In this document: one piece after another, positions 1 through 10,549 of the stretch
Layout of the letters: every line of letters begins with the position of its first letter
Position numbering within the stretch: position 1 is the stretch's first letter
Source of the DNA: Welwitschia mirabilis
Taxonomy: Eukaryota
Direction of reading: 5' to 3'
Length of the DNA stretch: 20,000 bases
NCBI GenBank assembly: GCA_051453625.1
Contig: JBOZIK010000001.1
Span: 35,907,262 to 35,927,261 of the forward strand
Notes under the pieces: generated by a model
Told to the model about the DNA's origin: nothing
Seen by the model: the letters and a program-made list of their open reading frames with translations, nothing else
Databases searched by the model: none
Position numbers and translations under genes: made by a program

Positions 1-116
1 TCTAATTTGACATCATCACTAGGAGGTAAACCAAAGGGGGTTTGGATTTTACATTTTTTATTAGCAATCAAATTTCTAAGGGTGACATTTGCATTAGGAT
101 TTATAGGTGCGGTCAT
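1..116 (-). pseudogene. gag: gag N-terminal fragment of E1, open to the window edge (MTAPINPNANVTLRNLIANKKCKIQTPFGLPPSDDVKL...)
   Basis: Manual translation from the ATG at 116. The TLRxL motif followed by a Pro-containing stretch resembles the Athila gag N-terminus (RTLRDY/RTLREL), and its position downstream of the PBS fits. An upstream ATGATAAAATCT (402, minus) is shared with E3 (14271). Confidence 0.5.
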
Positions 117-1036
117 AGGGATTTTAATGACAAGGAATGGATTAGGGAAATCAATTTGCTTTTGCTTTTGTGATAAGGTAGACATGTTTAGAAATTAAAA
201 ACTATCATCGACATAATCTTTTAACAAATTTAATTTTGCAAAATTAGACTTTGAAGAAATCAAAGTAGAAATTTCTAGAATTTTGTGTACCTTTGTTGTG
301 CTTACTTGAGTTAGTTTCGAGGTTGATCAAACCTTATTGGATATTTTCCTCTATGAATAGTCAATCTCTCTAGTATTTTTCTTTTTTACAAGATTTTATC
401 ATACATGCTCATTTTTTATGCATAAAGTATCGTCCCTACAGTTGTTTGGATGATAGTCTGGATGATAGAAACATAGAAAACACGAAAAATGAAAAATGTA
501 GATAATAAAAAAGCAAAAATGATAGAGGAAAAAACATAGACAGTAGANNNNNNNNNNNNNNNNNNNNNNNNNNNNNNNNNNNNNNNNNNNNNNNNNNNNN
601 NNNNNNNNNNNNNNNNNNNNNNNNNNNNNNNNNNNNNNNNNNNNNNNTGATAGTCTGGATGATAGAAACATAGAAAACATGAAAAATGAAAAATGTAGAT
701 AATAAAAATGCAAAAATGATAGAGAAAAAAACACAGACAACAGACTTTCATTCACCTAAGTCATCTAGATGATAAAGGGGACGATAGGAAAAACCCTAAA
801 AATTTTAAAAGAAACTAAAAGCTAAAAAATCAAGGCACAAGGTTCATTGTCACCACATGTTGTTTAGATGATGAGGCGGATGATAAAGCTTTTATTTTGG
901 AACTAGAAGATTGAAAGTTATGAAAAGGAAACCTACACTACTTTAGATAAAAATACAACACTGCTGCAAGCAAATATCTGAACTGAAATTCAAATACTCG
1001 TCAGAGCAACAAGAACTCTCAAACTTAAAGTAGCCT

Positions 1037-1054
1037 TTTTCAACAATGACGCCA
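1037..1054 (-). promoter_or_regulatory. E1 primer-binding site (tRNA-Asp type, degenerate)
   Basis: Minus strand reads TGGCGTCATTGTTGAAAA versus the Athila consensus TGGCGCCGTTGCCGGGGA. All 7 mismatches are C>T or G>A. It lies 3 nt after ...CACAACA. Confidence 0.8.
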
Positions 1055-1057
1055 AGA

Positions 1058-2986
1058 TGTTGTGATGCATATTTGTGCAAATAATTAAGCTCTTGAAAAT
1101 TCTATCATTCACAAATAAAATATATATCTATACAATACAACACACTATTATACACGGGAGTTGACCCGAATGTCATAATTTGTTGAAGATCTATGCTAGA
1201 GAAAGAGAATTGATTTTCAAAAGAAATAATATGTATCTTATCAATAGAAAGAGGAAGTACAATGCAACACACTTATACAAAGTTAATTTATAAATAAAAA
1301 GGAATAATTCACCTAAACTAACAATGCTTAACCTTGACAAATGTTGTCTTCATAACCTATATCACTTAAAAAACTATCACTCAATCAGAAGCAACATAAA
1401 CTGTGAGGGATAAGAATAAACAAGCATAGGAAATGGAAAAGAATATTTATATTAATTGACTCACATTTGTGTTATAAAGAAGCTGCACCTCATTGGAGGA
1501 AGCATAGCCCAACACTAAGGAAGACGTCTCTTTGTAACTACCAAGGATGGATCTTTGGTCCTTCGATCTCCTATCATGAGAATTTTTAGTGCAAGTAAAG
1601 ACCAGATGGAGTCAAAAGCAGGATCGATACTTATTAACAACAAATACATAACAACAAGATACACAGACAGGTAAAATCACAACCCTAATGGCCACATCAA
1701 AAGACATATAAATAAATGACAAAAGTTAAGTGAATGCTTAATGGGATGTTATAACAAATGTCATCCTGCTTTTCATCTAGACGATATAGGAGATGATGTC
1801 ATCTCATAATTAATCCACATCATCTATTAAATTGATCACAATCAGCATCCTCATTGGTCTTAATGTTCTATCATCTGTACTATCGTTCAGACGATGAGGT
1901 GGATGATAGACTTTTATAAGTATTCATCCAAGTGTTCATCTAGATGATGCATCAACTTCAATGTTTGCAAGAAATCTATCTCAAAAATATGAAGTNNNNN
2001 NNNNNNNNNNNNNNNNNNNNNNNNNNNNNNNNNNNNNNNNNNNNNNNNNNNNNNNNNNNNNNNNNNNNNNNNNNNNNNNNNNNNNNNNNNNNNNNNNNNN
2101 NNNNNNNNNNNNNNNNNNNNNNNNNNNNNNNNNNNNNNNNNNNNNNNNNNNNNNNNNNNNNNNNNNNNNNNNNNNNNNNNNNNNNNNNNNNNNNNNNNNN
2201 NNNNNNNNNNNNNNNNNNNNNNNNNNNNNNNNNNNNNNNNNNNNNNNNNNNNNNNNNNNNNNNNNNNNNNNNNNNNNNNNNNNNNNNNNNNNNNNNNNNN
2301 NNNNNNNNNNNNNNNNNNNNNNNNNNNNNNNNNNNNNNNNNNNNNNNNNNNNNNNNNNNNNNNNNNNNNNNNNNNNNNNNNNNNNNNNNNNNNNNNNNNN
2401 NNNNNNNNNNNNNNNNNNNNNNNNNNNNNNNNNNNNNNNNNNNNNNNNNNNNNNNNNNNNNNNNNNNNNNNNNNNNNNGATACTTATTAATAACAAATAC
2501 ATAACAACAAGATAGACAGACATGTAAAGTCACAACCCTAATGGCCACATCAAAAGACATACAAAGAAATGACAAAAGTTAAGTGAATGTTTAGTAGGAT
2601 GTTATAACAAATGTCATCCTGCTGGTCATCTAGACGATATAGGGGATGATTTCACCTCATAATTAGTCCACATCATCTATCAAATTGATCACAATTAGCA
2701 TCCTCATTGGCCTTAATGTTCTATCATCTGTACTATCGTCCGGACGATGAAGTGGATGATGGACTTTTACAAGTGTTCATCCAAGTGTTCATCTGGATGA
2801 TGCATCAGCTTCAATGTTTGCAGGAAATCTATCTCAAAAATATGAAGTATTGGGAACTGCTCCAAATGCTGTAAAATGTCATGTAGATTGTGTGTTTTTG
2901 TATCTTTCATCGCAGCTCTCCATTACCATGGAATTCTAGTATAAACCTATCTAATATCTTTAAAAGCTACTCAAAATACCCTATCA
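1058..2986 (-). repeat. E1 5' LTR (~1.08 kb after removing the 483-N gap and the 370-bp duplicated segment)
   Basis: Starts TGATAGGG and ends ...CACAACA next to the PBS. 1058-1995 plus 2849-2986 gives 1076 bp, matching the 1085-bp E3 LTR. The 3' boundary is uncertain by about 3 nt. Confidence 0.75.
1626..2848 (+). repeat. 370-bp direct duplication (1626-1995 / 2479-2848) flanking a 483-N gap, ~7% diverged
   Basis: Both copies run GATACTTATTAA...AAAAATATGAAGT. About 27 substitutions counted by eye (about 21 transitions, 6 transversions). Confidence 0.9.
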
Positions 2987-4122
2987 ACTATATAAAAGTT
3001 GGTAGCGCAATAGATAGAAAGATGAAAACACTAATTAAATGATTAGAATAATTTAAAACATCTAAAGGTTTAAAATATAGTAAAGCCTTCATTTATGCTA
3101 TTTGTACTTTTAATAAGTATGGAACTAATGGGTACCCTTTCATTTCTATCTGTTGATACATAGCAAGTGAATATTTCATAAGCTAGGAAACCCTTTTTTG
3201 ATAATCAAATATCTTTATTTCCATTTAAAGTTGCTTAGAAAAAATTTGAGACTATCTAAAGCATGATCTATAATGCCTAAAGAACTTAGTTTTTATGATT
3301 GCACTAGAAACAATCAAGTTAAAGAAAAAGTCCTTAGTTAAAATATACATAAACCAAGCTCTTTCTTAAAACATATGTAATATCAATTAACAATACAAAG
3401 AAAATTCAATATGCACACATGAGATGGAAAAACAACTAGACATGTTTGATTTTAATTACTAAACAAAGACAGCTTTAAGGTGTATGATTAAAATGACACC
3501 ACATGTCATAAAGATATTGAATGAAATAAAATAAGATTAAAGACTAAGGCCAAATGATAGTATTCTAAACTAGATCATAAGATCATGATGCACAAATTAT
3601 TATGGCTTAGACATTAGTCCTAGGATAAACATAAATACACATAGTTACATTCATTAGAAAAAACTTTTACTATTGTATTTTAATCACACATAAAGTTTAT
3701 AAGTCACTATAAAATTCTTGTAAGAATAGATGTTTATAAAAATTCATGCATCAATACCTTGTGAAAGACATATGTAGTAACCACTGCAAAAAGTCAGAGT
3801 TGCTAATAATAACTCGTGAATCTCCATGGATGTGTGAGTTCATAAATACAAAAAGCATCATCAGAAGAAATTGATTCATGTAATGGTAAGATGACCTTTA
3901 TTTTTCTTTTAAAAATGCTTTGTTTTTACATCTTTGAATGAAACTCAGTAGTAAATACAACTATTTGCAATCTTAAAAACCCTTTCTCAACGTAAGGCTT
4001 GTTGTAATTTGATTTTCTATAAATGGGAATCAGCCCCATTGAATCTATTCACTATAATAAACTTGTCCATGTTAGGAAAGTAATTTAAGAATTGTAATTA
4101 AATAGAATTCTTAAGACACTAT

Positions 4123-5764
4123 TATTTGTTTATAGTATAATGAAACAAAATAGACTAAGTGATAACCCAGTATTGTTCTTTGCACAAGAATATTTGTGGT
4201 AGACTAATAAAAAAGGGTACAATAATCCAATCCTATAATGAAATCAAATAAAACAAAAAATCCAAGAGTAGAGAGAATTTAGTAAACTAAGGTTGGTGAC
4301 ATAGGAAACAAACATTCTCTAGAGGTCTAGCTTGGCTTTTCCAATAACCTACGTTTACTCTAACAATTTTTGTAAATCTTGAAACATAAACTTCAAATCA
4401 TTAAGTTGTGGTGTCTTGGGCATCGTAAATGATCTCATTCACCACCTGAGTATTAGTGAATTCAATAGTCACTTTAGTTCTTTATAGCCATTTATGAACA
4501 TAAAAGTAAGTATGGCTATCCTCAAGATCTATAATAGAATAGTGACTAAAACTAAAGAGTAAACTTAGAGAATTCACTTTATCCTAAAGATATTGATGAT
4601 GTAGTATCACCTAAGGGTTACTAGTACTATGTTAATATGCACTAGAAATAAAATAATGTATAAATACTATAATATTAATAACAAGAAACGGTCTCACTTA
4701 AAGATTACTAGTACCATGTTAATGTGTACTAGAAATAAAAGAATGAACAACTATTTTTGTATTATTTCAAAAAATACATTACATCAAGATAGGAAGATGA
4801 AGTTGAAATGGACTTCTCAAACTAGCCTAGGATTAATTCTGCTCCCAAGGGAGGTGCTTAGAAAGCCATGATGTCCAGACACACCAAGTATCCCCATTAT
4901 GTTTACCCANNNNNNNNNNNNNNNNNNNNNNNNNNNNNNNNNNNNNNNNNNNNNNNNNNNNNNNNNNNNNNNNNNNNNNNNNNNNNNNNNNNNNNNNNNN
5001 NNNNNNNNNTAGTATTAATTCTGCTCCCAAGGGAGGTGCTTAGAAAGCCATGATGTCCAGACGCTCTAAGTATCCCCATTATGTTTACCCAATCAAAGAT
5101 GTTTATACATGAGGGCTTAAGGTCCTTTTATGGGCAAGGGTAGGGTTGAGGTAATTGAAAGAATTTAGCTTTTAGTGATAGGTGAGGTGGGTGGACTCCA
5201 TCTTATATTATTAGATATAGTCTTCATCATTTAGTATTAGGTAGATAAGACTCTGTTCTACAACATTTAGTAAATGTTGTCATGATGTATTAGGTAGATA
5301 AGATTTTATCTTATAGCATTAGGTAGAATCTTTGTCACTTATCATTTAATGATGGTTATTTTATAGCATTTGGTGGAGGTTGCAATGTAGTTTTAGGTGG
5401 AATGATGAGTTCAACATATCCCCTTTAGAGTCATATTCCTCTACAAACCAGTGTTATCACCACATGTCTCCAATACTACCTTCACATGCCTCTACCACAT
5501 GTCTTTCCATATTAATGCTATATGTCACCACCTCATTTCTTTCTTGCCACCATTATTTTATATAGAATTATGTTCATCTTCCACCATATGGTCCAATACG
5601 TGGCTAAAAATCTGTAATTATTCTAGAGAAAAGCATAAGCTTTAAGTGTTTTTTTAAAATAATAGGAGACATATTTTATGATTAAAATAATTAAATTAAT
5701 GTCTTCATTTATAATAAATTAGCCTAAAACATTTGATATAGATGTCATTTTTTACATGTTAACA
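4123..5764 (-). repeat. E2 3' LTR (contains a 100-N gap and an ~80-bp artefactual duplication)
   Basis: Aligns end to end with 10550-11990, e.g. 4261-4380 versus 10688-10807 has 18 mismatches in 120 bp. Minus strand starts TGTTAACATG and ends ...CAAATA (CA mutated to TA). Confidence 0.92.
4607..4765. repeat. 87-bp-period tandem duplication inside the E2 LTR
   Basis: TCAC(C/T)TAA..TTACTAGTAC.ATGTTAAT.TG.ACTAGAAATAAAA occurs at 4607 and 4694. The same pair is in the other LTR at ~11034 and ~11121. Confidence 0.8.
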
Positions 5765-5793
5765 AACCCTTCAACTATAATTTTGCTAGTCCC
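5765..5793 (-). promoter_or_regulatory. E2 polypurine tract with Athila-type upstream motif
   Basis: Minus strand GGGACTAGCAAAATTATAGTTGAAGGGTT directly abuts the TG of the 3' LTR. It resembles the Athila GGGACTAGCAAAA...AGTTGGGGGG end with G>A erosion. Confidence 0.8.
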
Positions 5794-7558
5794 TTAACAA
5801 AAAAAGCATGATAGAGAATGATTAACATGGAAAGATATCTAAGAAAAAACATTCATGTATGTAAGAATGATGGAGATCTTTAAAAAATTTTAGATAATTT
5901 TAAAAATAAGGAATTAAAATTGAAAATATTTCTTGAAAAATGTGAATACCATATGAATGTCATACCTCTAACCAAAACTGAACTTTATCCTCAAAGTTAA
6001 AAAGATTAAAAATTTTATACAACTTTTGAGAACATTAAAGAATTTGATTACATAGCTTTTATACTACAATCTAGAAAATCATTTCGATGCAAGCATTTCA
6101 ATGTTAAGAAAAACTATAATGCAAAAACTTTAAAGTAAAACATTTTATTATAACACACTTGAAAACACTATAACAAAACATACTTAAATGCATATTAGAA
6201 AATGCAGAAAGAGAGACACTTTTAGAAATAATGATCAGTCACTTATTTTACAACTTAAAATTATTGTGAATAGGAAGAGAATGGTATTAAAGGTGAAAAT
6301 TAAAGATGGTATGAAAGTTTATTAGCTAACATGAAAATTTCTATATTTACATGCCGAATTAAATGGTGAATGAAATTAATAGAAAAGGAATGGAATGTGA
6401 ATGTAAACTTTCACTCCATGATGGAAAATCAGTATGACTAGAGCTTTTATTTGTAATTCATGGCAATGAAATTGAAAATTAAGCTAAAAACATATGAATG
6501 TAAAAGATTAAATACCTGATATAATGACCTCTTTATTAAAATTTTGATGAATTTCATTTTATTTAATGGATTACAATGTTAAACTAAAAAGATATCCTCT
6601 AAGTAAACCTACAAAAATCCAAAAATTAGTAAGCAAATTTTCAAGTATTAACTTAAAGAAACAAAATTATAAAAGTAACTCCAAATCCCACCTTTCTTTC
6701 CAATTTTTACATTTTTGACAATTACATATATTCCTTGTTTTGAGCATTTAGATCAAATTCATCATCCAATGTTATAACATCTCTTTCCAGCAAAATTAAG
6801 CATGTTTTTTCATGAAGAAGTCAGTGCTACATTACCAGCTAGCATCTATAGCCCTGATGCAGTTAAACATGTCATAAATAGATCATTAGAGCTACATTGC
6901 CAGTGAGCGTCCCTAACCTTAATGCAATTAGCTAAACCCAAGTTTAACTAATTAATAGATAATGTGATTTTTGGAAAAGAGATATTATATTTTCTTTTAA
7001 TTTTTACTTCTCAAATTCAATNNNNNNNNNNNNNNNNNNNNNNNNNNNNNNNNNNNNNNNNNNNNNNNNNNNNNNNNNNNNNNNNNNNNNNNNNNNNNNN
7101 NNNNNNNNNNNNNNNNNNNNNTTGGAAAAGAGATATTATATTTTCTTTTAATTTTTACTTCTCAAATTCAATATTTTTTTATGCACATGAAAAGGAATCA
7201 TTGGCTTATTAGCCTCATCAAGAAAAATCTTGTCCCCATAAAATTCTTTAAAAACATAAAATATAATATGAAAGTAGATTGCACTTTTTCAACAACATTT
7301 TCCAAATTTTGAGGCCTTAAGTGACACTAACCTTAACAAGATAACTAAAAAATAAGCAAAACATTTTCTTAAAAAGTATAAATAAAATTAAATAATACCT
7401 AATTCATAATGACAAGGTGATCACTTATTAATGGTTTATTTGTTAAGGTCCATCAACTAGGGTTATTGAGTCTTTGAAATTCGTAGATGAATAGATAAGA
7501 AAGGTGTTTGGTGAATTGTATGAGGTAATGCCAAAGTAGAAGCAGTGGATGATGAGGT

Positions 7559-9544
7559 TTAAGTTGATAATGACTTATTTGATGTTGGGGGTGAAATTTG
7601 GGATTTAATAAGTGAAAGGTATNNNNNNNNNNNNNNNNNNNNNNNNNNNNNNNNNNNNNNNNNNNNNNNNNNNNNNNNNNNNNNNNNNNNNNNNNNNNNN
7701 NNNNNNNNNNNNNNNNNNNNNNAATGACTTATTTGATGTTGGGGGTGAAATTTGGGATTTAATAAGTGAAAGGTATTAAAGTAATGATTGTATACATGGT
7801 AGTGCTTAAGTTGTTTTAAGAAAGGGAGACCATTAAGAAAAAGTACTTTTAATGTTTTTAAATTTTTCCAACTTAAATATAATCTTAAAAAATTTAATTT
7901 AAAGAATAAACCTAATCTAAAAGCATACAATAAAATTAAAAATTTTAAAAGGGATTTTCCAAGGTGGTGCATGTGTGAAGGTTCAAAATGGTGATTAATG
8001 TAAAGATTGGATGATAGGCTAACATTATGCAAAGCATTTTGAATTGGGAAAGAATCTATGTAAATTTTTATGCATCAGTCCATGAAATTAGGATGAACAT
8101 TAACACAAGTAGTAAAATTTATGCATTCAAAGTCAAAAACAGTTCATCCTTTAGCTTGTTTTTGCTTGTTTAACAACTCATGCAAGACATCATTTTGAGA
8201 TGAAGAAAAACATGTGTTGAATACTATCAGAGAAGGTGAATGTTCATTAAAAAAGTTATCAGAAGATGATTTTGAGACTAAAGAGGATTTGTCTTATTGA
8301 TTAAGGCTTGGGACTTTCTTAGTAGATAAAGATGAAGATGAAATGATTAACTCATGAAGTTATCGTGAAAAAGGCATAGGTTCTTCATAGGATGGATCAG
8401 GTATGGGCTATTTGCTAATGTTATCCTCTTCATTACTATTAACAGGGGATTCTTCGACATGTGGTTGCACAAGTGATAATGATTATGAGTCAAGTAAGAA
8501 TTCTTCTTTAATGTTATCCTTTTCATTGATGTCACTTATTGACTCATCCTTAATTGTATAACTCTCAAGAGTGTAGCCTTTCTCAAATAGTTTTTTATCT
8601 TCTAAAGATTGTTAATTATCTAATATTTTTAATTATCTTATAAAGTATAGCCTTATTACACATAATCGCTCACTCTCCAGTGTATTTTTAAACTAAATAT
8701 CCTAATGGATTCTCTTATTGATTTCTTCCTCATTCCTAAAGGGTATAGTTTTAGTATCATTGGTTTCACTATTCTTAATCCTTTTAAGATTCTTAACATC
8801 TCTAGGATTAGGTTCATGGAATATAGCAAGGTTTNNNNNNNNNNNNNNNNNNNNNNNNNNNNNNNNNNNNNNNNNNNNNNNNNNNNNNNNNNGAGAATTT
8901 GTTGAAGCATTTGGGTTTGGGTTTGGGTGATTTGTTCAAGGTTGCTCAAGAAGAATGGATGTTTGTTTTTGAACTCGGAGTGATAAGTTGTTCCCTTCCT
9001 ATCACCCTATTGCTTAATGAGGTTAACATCCCTAGCATGCCGCTTGGACTCAAACCTGTTACTTCCAAATTACGAGCAACCCAAACTCACCACCAAGGCA
9101 TCCCCCGTGGGACCAAGAAAGAATGGATGTTGCTTAAGGATTTATTTACAATAATGGTTAAATTTGGTTTGAAACTTTATGAAGTTTCTTAATGATTTCT
9201 CAAATGGGGTAGATGAATAAGGTTATTGTTTGTTGTATGAGTAAGGGTAAAAGGATGAAAGAGATAAAAAAGAAGATAAAGGATAAGGACAAAAGGGTTT
9301 TGAAACATGATGGAAGACATGAGATCAAACTCTTATTGTTTAAAATAAAAATTTTTAAACTCAGGGTAAGGAGGCTAAGCGGGTTAAGATTCTACGATTT
9401 AAAGATATTCCATAAAGGTTTACCTAGTATCAGAAGAATTTTGGGTTTAAAATGGTATGGATTACATTAAAGGTAGCCCCCTAAAGTTTTCATAGATCAA
9501 ATATAATCTCTTATAGTTTGTTTAGATTAAACAGGATTAGGCAT
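7559..9544 (-). pseudogene. E2 degenerate gag-derived ORF (many stops and frameshifts, interrupted by a SINE)
   Basis: From 9544 it reads MPNPV*SKQTIRDYI*SM, resembling the Athila RTLRDY motif. Then comes an amphipathic segment IIVNKSLSNIHSFL|SNLEQITQTQTQMLQQIL, an acidic N/E/D-rich tract (~8850-8250), and a more hydrophobic tail (ORF track 7559-8032). Boundaries are approximate. Confidence 0.5.
8964..9113 (-). mobile_element. tRNA-derived SINE (~150 bp) with 17-18 bp TSD
   Basis: TSDs are CAAGAAGAATGGATGTT (8947-8963) and CAAGAAAGAATGGATGTT (9114-9131). On the minus strand, box A-like TGCCTTGGTGG (9100-9090) and box B GGTTTGAGTCC (9056-9046; consensus GGTTCGAnnCC) are 33 nt apart. The 3' end is AAAAACA. 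It is much GC-richer than its flanks. Confidence 0.85.
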
Positions 9545-10526
9545 GTTGTAGATATTTTCATAGTTTTCATAGACCAAGTAGAGTTCAGAAGGTATTTCGT
9601 ACAATATCCTAAAGGGATCACATTCTTAACCATGTCAAGTTTCAGAAAATAGTCTACAAAATTCACTAAAAGTTTATGTTTTCATAAATTTTTAAGGTTT
9701 TAAAGGAGGCCTAGTATCAAAAATCTTTCAGAGAGATGAGAAAAGAGCATATGAAGAGTTTAAAGTGTTCATATCAAAAAGAGTGAGGTTATATTCGAGG
9801 CTGTACAACATGTTTCACATTGCAAGATATAGAAAAAGGACTACCAAAAAATGAAAATGGCCACAACTTGGAAAAAAACCTAAGAAAATAAACCTTAAAC
9901 ATTTTTGCATTTAAGAATTTTTATATCAAAAATAAAAAAAGTAAGACAAAAACTAAGATAGTTTATAAAAAAATCTTACTAAAAACAAAATAGGAAAAAC
10001 AAAAAGTTAGATTTCTAATTTAGTTTGTTGACTTTCTGAACTTAATTTTGGTTGTGACCTATAGAAAAATCATTAGACCTGTAACAAAAGAGATCAAATA
10101 TAAAAATATATTTTATATTAGAGTAAAAAAACTAAATAAAACTCAAAAATNNNNNNNNNNNNNNNNNNNNNNNNNNNNNNNNNNNNNNNNNNNNNNNNNN
10201 NNNNNNNNNNNNNNNNNNNNNNNNNNNNNNNNNNNNNNNNNNNNNNNNNNAACAAAAGAGATCAAATATAAAAATATATTTTATATTAGAGTAAAAAAAT
10301 TAAATAAAACTCAAAACTTGGACTAGTTCATGTTTCACTAGAAAAGAACTAGTATATAATACTAGAGAAAAAAAGGAAATAAAATAAACGCTCAAAAGAA
10401 AAGATTAGGACCAATTTGGGTATCACTGAAAATGGATCAGTACCAACCATTGGAAAAATAAAAACTATCAAGAAAGAATTATAAGAAAGAAAAATTATGC
10501 TCTTTTAAAAAGCTACCATGCTAATA

Positions 10527-10544
10527 TCCTTGACAACAACATTA
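10527..10544 (-). promoter_or_regulatory. E2 primer-binding site (tRNA-Asp type, degenerate)
   Basis: Minus strand reads TAATGTTGTTGTCAAGGA versus TGGCGCCGTTGCCGGGGA. All 8 mismatches are C>T or G>A. A 5-nt spacer (GATTT) separates it from the LTR end (...GAACA), as is characteristic of Athila. Confidence 0.82.
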
Positions 10545-10549
10545 AAATC

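Larger units (their letters stand above)
1..2986 (-). mobile_element. E1: Athila-like Ty3/Gypsy LTR retrotransposon, 5' part (5' LTR, PBS, leader, start of gag); truncated by left window edge
   Basis: The reverse complement of ~230-2986 aligns colinearly with 12561-~14450. Homology starts abruptly at TGATAGGGTATTTTGAGTAG (2986, minus) versus TGATGGGGTATTTTGAGTAG (12561, plus). A PBS relic lies at 1037-1054 and a gag-like N-terminus at 1-116. Confidence 0.85.

Noticed and set aside
985..1010. Hammerhead ribozyme (retrozyme) core CTGACGA on the minus strand; similar near-misses at ~6885 and ~18340
   Set aside because: There is no stem II followed by GAAA at the right spacing, and the E3 counterpart does not conserve the core.
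2992..4117. Inter-element DNA (with 11996-12560) as a gene fragment or a separate ACTAT-bounded insertion
   Set aside because: It has no TG...CA or terminal inverted repeats and no ORF. The isolated GTAAGA near 3887 is insufficient to call an exon, so the region is left unassigned.
8910..8927. (TTTGGG)3 as an interstitial telomere repeat
   Set aside because: Only three units, not TTTAGGG, and it corresponds to the TQTQTQ run in the E2 frame.
9040..9113. Functional tRNA gene
   Set aside because: Box A and box B are present, but I cannot fold a cloverleaf or acceptor stem. The TSD and A tail indicate a SINE.
8899..9470. Plus-strand ORFs 8899-9192 and 9213-9470
   Set aside because: They are antisense to the E2 ORF and the SINE, one reads across the SINE junctions, and neither has a recognisable domain.
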